Shown one piece after another: positions 8,198-10,802 of a stretch of 10,802 nt of DNA. Each line of letters starts with the position of its first letter. Within the stretch, counting starts at the first letter, position 1. The notes beneath the pieces were generated by a model. That model saw only the letters and a list, made by a program, of their open reading frames with translations, was not told where the DNA came from and did no database searches. The position numbers were made by a program, and so were the translations under genes. The DNA is from Bacteroidia bacterium (GTDB lineage Bacteria; Bacteroidota; Bacteroidia; Bacteroidales; VadinHA17): contig JAPLDX010000087.1 of NCBI GenBank assembly GCA_026391215.1, forward strand, positions 1-10,802, given 5' to 3'.

Positions 8198-8698
8198 ATG
8201 ATGAAAGTTTTGAAGATACTGATGCCATTTTTCCTGGTTTCATGGACAAATGTTTTTTCACAGCAATTGTCACATCAGGTTCTTGTTCCGCTTGCCGGCA
8301 TAACTTCAGACAATAAAATCAGTTATTCCCAGACCGTTGGTGAGACAGCCGTAGAGATTGTAGAATGTTCGCCATATGTCTTTACGCAGGGATTTCAACA
8401 GCCGGGCATAAAGCTTTCACATGAAGATCCTCCTCCGGGAACAGGAGTTAATGTATACCCGAATCCGGCAACCGATTATATTACCATTGAGTTATTCGGA
8501 GAATCGTCAAGGACATTCAGGATTGATATTGTCAATATTACAGGAACAGTGGTTCTGACTGAAAGGAAGGTTTTTGACGGCCAGTTCTGGTATAAGGAAC
8601 CTCAGAATATTGAGAACCTGATAAGGGGTTTCTACCTTATAAGAATTTCAAGCGAAGATGGCATTTTGAACCGGGCATTCAAGATTGAAAAGATTTAA
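8198..8698 (+). CDS. Small T9SS type A sorting (CTD) domain-containing protein
   Basis: Sec signal peptide ending VFS-Q; a ~50-aa N-domain (QVLVPLAG...SYSQTVGETAV...FTQGFQQP); a Pro-rich linker; then a CTD (VNVYPNPATDYITI...IVNITGTVV...GFYLIRI...FKIEKI). An ATG at 8198 or 8201 is preferred over the TTG at 8195. Confidence 0.9.
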   Translation: MMKVLKILMPFFLVSWTNVFSQQLSHQVLVPLAGITSDNKISYSQTVGETAVEIVECSPYVFTQGFQQPGIKLSHEDPPPGTGVNVYPNPATDYITIELFGESSRTFRIDIVNITGTVVLTERKVFDGQFWYKEPQNIENLIRGFYLIRISSEDGILNRAFKIEKI

Positions 8699-8708
8699 AC
8701 CATAAGCT

Positions 8709-10574
8709 ATGGTTTCGAAACGTACAAACAAATTCATCTTATCACTGGCTTTTTCGATAGCAAGTATTGGCATATTTGCACAGGGTAATGTACCGTTGGG
8801 GATTCATTATCAGGCTGTCGCAAGAGACAATTTCGGCAATGAACTTGTCAATAAAAAGATAAGCGTCAAGTTTTCAGTTATCTCAGGAAATCCATTAGGT
8901 ACAATCGTATATCAGGAACTTCATCAGGATATATTTACATCCAAATTCGGAGTCTTTTCCCTTATCATAGGACATGGTGTACCAACTGGCGGCACACAGT
9001 GCGGAGAGCTTTCACAAATAAGCTGGGAGAGCGCCAATCACTATCTGAAGGTTGAGGTAAAATTTGAAAATGATTTTATGGATATGGGAACGATGCAGTT
9101 TCTGGCTGTTCCATATGCTTTATATGCCGGGAAGTCGCTTGAACCGGGTCCGGCAGGTCCACAGGGAGAACAGGGACTAAAAGGCGAGCCGGGAGATCCG
9201 GCATCAGATGACCAGACACTCTCCTTCGACGGAAGCACGATTTCAATAGCAGACGGTAATTCTCTTTCTCTTACAGATCTTCTTCAAAACCTGACAGTTT
9301 CATATCAGAATGACGGCACCTACCTGGGTATTTCACGCGGAAATTCCGTAAAGCTGGCAACAATTGAAGCAGACGGAGACCCGAGAAATGAACTGCAGGA
9401 TCTGACGATCAGCTCAGATATGATGAAAATCACAAATAACTCCCTGGCGACAGAGTGGGATCTTTCACCTTACAGGCAATCGCTGTCATGGGACCCGGTG
9501 ACAAGGGTTTTGAACATTTCAGGAATTAGCACACCGATTAATCTCTCTGAACTTAAGAACGACGATGATTCAGATATTACAAATGAGATCCAGGATATTT
9601 CACTTGCCGGAGACCTGCTGACCATAACCAGAAATGAGTCATCTTCTGGAGTAAGCCTGAGTAAATATCTTGATGATACAGATAAGCAGCAGATGGAATT
9701 CAGTACCTCTGATAATATACTTTCACTGACAAACAGTACATCAGTTGATCTGACTTCTCTTAAGAATGATGCGGATTACGATATAACCAATGAAATACAG
9801 GACATACAGCTGACAGGAGATCTCTTAACCATTACAAAAAATAGCGGATCAACGGGTGTCTCAATGAGCAAATACCTTGATAACACTGACAACCAGCAGT
9901 TATCATTCAGCGGAGATTATAAGCTTTCGCTGACAAACAGTGTTACAGTTGACCTCAGCTCCCTGGCAGATGCAGATGCAGATCCGGCTAATGAGATTCA
10001 GGACCTGCAGCTTGTTGGAAATAAGTTGTCCATAACCCGTAAAACCGGAGCATACGAGCTGAATATGGCTGATTACCTGGATGATACAGATGATCAGACA
10101 CTGGAATTCGTTGAATCGGATCTTACAGAGTCTGTTACAATTTCAGAAGGTAATAGTGTGGTTATTGATAATAAGGTGGCGTTCAGGGCGAAAAAAACCA
10201 CATCAGAAACAGTGTCAGTTTGGAAGACAGATTATGATTTCATTATGGAAGCTCCTGAATATAATGAGGGGGAGGGGTTTGATTATACAACAGGTGAATT
10301 TACCGCTCCATTTATTGGAGTATATGTTTTTGATATCAGTTATACTGCGACAGAGGGTGTAGACGGCGGGGATTCCAGAATTTTAAAGATTCAATATAAA
10401 CACGGGCTAATAACAGAATACGAAATCCTTAATAGTCATATAGATAATGGCGTTTCGATTATAAGATCAATTACTTTAAAGTTAAATATTGGTGATAAAA
10501 TAAAACCAATAATTAATGTGGGTAATGGTTATCAAACAGGCACAGGTTCATTTTCGGGCTTCAAGGTTAATTGA
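8709..10574 (+). CDS. Secreted fibre-like protein: YQAVAR/VPYALYA N-domain, short collagen segment, acidic beta-repeats, C-terminal C1q-like domain
   Basis: Signal peptide ending IFA-Q (aa 1-24); N-domain aa ~28-141; (Gly-X-Y)6 at aa 147-164; NE[IL]QD repeats at aa 227, 292, 361 and 428; C1q-like head aa ~488-621 (VAFRA...YNEGEGFDYTTGEFTAP..GVYVF...TLKLNIGDKI...SFSGF). Confidence 0.85.
   Translation: MVSKRTNKFILSLAFSIASIGIFAQGNVPLGIHYQAVARDNFGNELVNKKISVKFSVISGNPLGTIVYQELHQDIFTSKFGVFSLIIGHGVPTGGTQCGELSQISWESANHYLKVEVKFENDFMDMGTMQFLAVPYALYAGKSLEPGPAGPQGEQGLKGEPGDPASDDQTLSFDGSTISIADGNSLSLTDLLQNLTVSYQNDGTYLGISRGNSVKLATIEADGDPRNELQDLTISSDMMKITNNSLATEWDLSPYRQSLSWDPVTRVLNISGISTPINLSELKNDDDSDITNEIQDISLAGDLLTITRNESSSGVSLSKYLDDTDKQQMEFSTSDNILSLTNSTSVDLTSLKNDADYDITNEIQDIQLTGDLLTITKNSGSTGVSMSKYLDNTDNQQLSFSGDYKLSLTNSVTVDLSSLADADADPANEIQDLQLVGNKLSITRKTGAYELNMADYLDDTDDQTLEFVESDLTESVTISEGNSVVIDNKVAFRAKKTTSETVSVWKTDYDFIMEAPEYNEGEGFDYTTGEFTAPFIGVYVFDISYTATEGVDGGDSRILKIQYKHGLITEYEILNSHIDNGVSIIRSITLKLNIGDKIKPIINVGNGYQTGTGSFSGFKVN
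9147..9200 (+). repeat. Collagen-like (Gly-X-Y)6 coding segment
   Basis: GPA GPQ GEQ GLK GEP GDP. Confidence 0.9.
9366..10169 (+). repeat. Four degenerate intragenic tandem repeats of about 65-69 aa
   Basis: Unit pattern DxDxxNE[IL]QD[IL]xLxGxxLxIT....[VL]x[LM]xxYLDxTDxQx[LM]xF. The best-conserved pair starts at 9552 and 9759 (CTTAAGAA, 207-nt period). Confidence 0.85.
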
Positions 10575-10588
10575 TTTTCTTGATATAT

Positions 10589-10790
10589 ATTGATGGGCCC
10601 CCCGCTAAGGCGGGGCAGGTTCTCCGCGGTTCTGATTCTGATAGATTTGTATAACAAATATTGATGGAATCCCTCTGGGATTCTCAGATCATTTTAAGTC
10701 AGTTTATTAGAATTGATGCAACCGCTCCGCGGTAACATCAACGGAAATTCTGAGCAGAATTGTTAGAAACCGCACAGGGTTACATTAATT
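10589..10790. repeat. Cluster of REP-like palindromic units headed by ATTGATG (three direct, one degenerate inverted)
   Basis: Copies at 10589 (ATTGATGG...CTCCGCGGTTCT), 10660 (ATTGATG-GAATCCC-TCT-GGGATTC-T) and 10712 (ATTGATGCA-ACCGC-TCC-GCGGT). An inverted copy at ~10765-10789 reads ATTAATGTAACCCTGTGCGGTTTCT on the minus strand. Confidence 0.7.
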
Positions 10791-10802
10791 ATTACAAGAC
10801 AT

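Noticed and set aside
9041-9238. Antisense ORF with SPGSPFSPCSPCGPAGP periodicity
   Set aside because: The periodicity is just the reverse complement of the collagen codons.
10589-10790. Possible CRISPR array or tRNA
   Set aside because: Units are degenerate, unevenly spaced (71 and 52 nt) and one is inverted; no cas genes and no cloverleaf.
10170-10802. Diversity-generating retroelement target at the C1q tip
   Set aside because: No reverse transcriptase and no near-identical template repeat visible in the window; a remote template cannot be excluded.

Overview
Bacteroidota (probably Bacteroidales) chromosomal window, judged from TAnnTTTG promoter boxes, an S46 peptidase and a T9SS C-terminal domain. 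Left to right: a minus-strand DUF5916/CBM9-like exported protein that runs off the window edge (missing from the ORF track); a Tat-signal ThuA-like protein; a minus-strand cluster rnhB - dpp7 (S46) - marC - rnhA - siaC-like (DUF1987) - ProXp-ala/PrdX; and a divergent two-gene unit. That unit encodes a minimal T9SS type-A CTD protein followed by a CTD-less secreted fibre-like protein (YQAVAR...VPYALYA N-domain, short collagen, four ~67-aa acidic repeats, C1q-like head). It is the best candidate for an under-described system, possibly a T9SS carrier plus a trimeric fibre. Three intergenic regions hold three different REP/MITE-like palindrome families, and in each one copy appears to carry extra inserted sequence. 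No RNA genes, CRISPR array or transposase were seen. All family assignments come from motif recognition by eye, not database searches.
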